From positions 1 through 56,680 of the IMG/VR virus record IMGVR_UViG_3300032893_000055: 56,680 nucleotides of DNA. One strand, written 5' to 3'. This document shows, piece by piece, positions 56,286-56,680 of this stretch. The translations under genes and the position numbers were made by a program. The DNA is from a virus. Taxonomy: Duplodnaviria; Caudoviricetes. Each line of letters opens with the position of its first letter. Position 1 is the first letter of the stretch. Under the pieces are notes generated by a model. The model was not told the origin of the DNA. It saw only the letters and a list, made by a program, of their open reading frames with translations, and did no database searches.

Positions 56286-56455
56286 TGGGAGACATTATAT
56301 ACTACGGATTAGTCTATTTAATGTTGATTGGGATTCCCTTATACGAAGGGTATAAAATTTGGTTCAAAAAACCTAACATAGTGGAGTCTGAAGAACTTAT
56401 TAAAAAATATACGAATTTGGAAAGGAACCGAAAATGTTACCGATCCCTCAAATGA
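56285..56455 (+). CDS. Small membrane protein (56 aa, not in ORF track)
   Basis: TAATG overlap, GGAG RBS, N-terminal TM. Confidence 0.55.
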   Translation: MGDIIYYGLVYLMLIGIPLYEGYKIWFKKPNIVESEELIKKYTNLERNRKCYRSLK

Positions 56456-56574
56456 TAATCGTCGGCGTGTTTGCGTTTATTGGCGGCATGCAGTTACTCA
56501 GACATCCTGTTATCGGAATCATGCTGATATTCATAGCATTTTATTTGGAATACATATTTAGAAAAAATATATGA
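56434..56574 (+). CDS. Small two-TM protein (46 aa, not in ORF track)
   Basis: AAGGA RBS; MLPIPQMIIVGVFAFIGG..VIGIMLIFIAFYLE; ATGA overlap with the next gene. Confidence 0.55.
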   Translation: MLPIPQMIIVGVFAFIGGMQLLRHPVIGIMLIFIAFYLEYIFRKNI

Positions 56575-56680
56575 ACTATTACGACCAAATCAAATATATT
56601 TTACATAATAACGAATTTAGCCATAAGTTCTTAGTCAAATACGCTTATGAGTGTGCGTGTTATGCTAACTCCTTAGTCCC
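56571..56680 (+). CDS. 5' part of Imm-5-like Ala-tract family protein, copy A
   Basis: MNYYDQIKYILHNNEFSHKFLVKYAYECACYANSLV(P); last 76 nt identical to the reverse complement of 27954-28029. Confidence 0.9.
   Translation, partial: MNYYDQIKYILHNNEFSHKFLVKYAYECACYANSLV

Noticed and set aside
1-56680. tRNA genes, integrase/repressor, RNA polymerase, tape measure or sheath
   Set aside because: No cloverleaf in the few intergenic gaps and no matching motifs among ORFs by eye; divergent versions cannot be excluded without searches.

Overview
The window is an essentially complete ~56.7 kb genome of a tailed dsDNA phage with a podovirus-type gene set: terminase, portal, scaffold, capsid, adaptor, nozzle and three ejection proteins, with no tape measure or sheath. 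I recognise no integrase, repressor, RNA polymerase, tRNA or CRISPR array. The two ends are the two halves of one gene (56571-56680 and 1-291), with ~58 nt missing by comparison with a near-identical inverted copy at 27587-28063. Nearly all genes are on the minus strand; a short plus-strand arm runs 53383-56680/1-291. Modules: lysis (288-1106), tail/ejection (1103-18379), a ~12.5 kb accessory/nucleotide block splitting the morphogenesis genes (18507-31028; MoxR AAA + vWA peptidase, MazG, ThyX, class II RNR, UDG-like, ParB/PAPS-reductase cassette), head/packaging (31131-38734) and replication/recombination (PolA, primase-helicase, SSB, Endo VII, SbcCD, RecA-like, SF2 helicase). Most unusual: (1) an 8-member dispersed Imm-5-like gene family whose four near-identical copies each carry a different Ala-rich tract made only of NNT codons, with mosaic flanks and an invariant 18-bp block; (2) a recurring [MYA]-[AD]-x-GG motif in three probable virion-internal proteins, suggesting a processing system; (3) a CxxCH cytochrome c-like gene; (4) a 25-bp motif repeated upstream of three late gene blocks; (5) a three-gene ParB/unknown/PAPS-reductase cassette; (6) two ClpP-fold proteases, one exported. 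All protein calls come from motif recognition by eye, without database searches.
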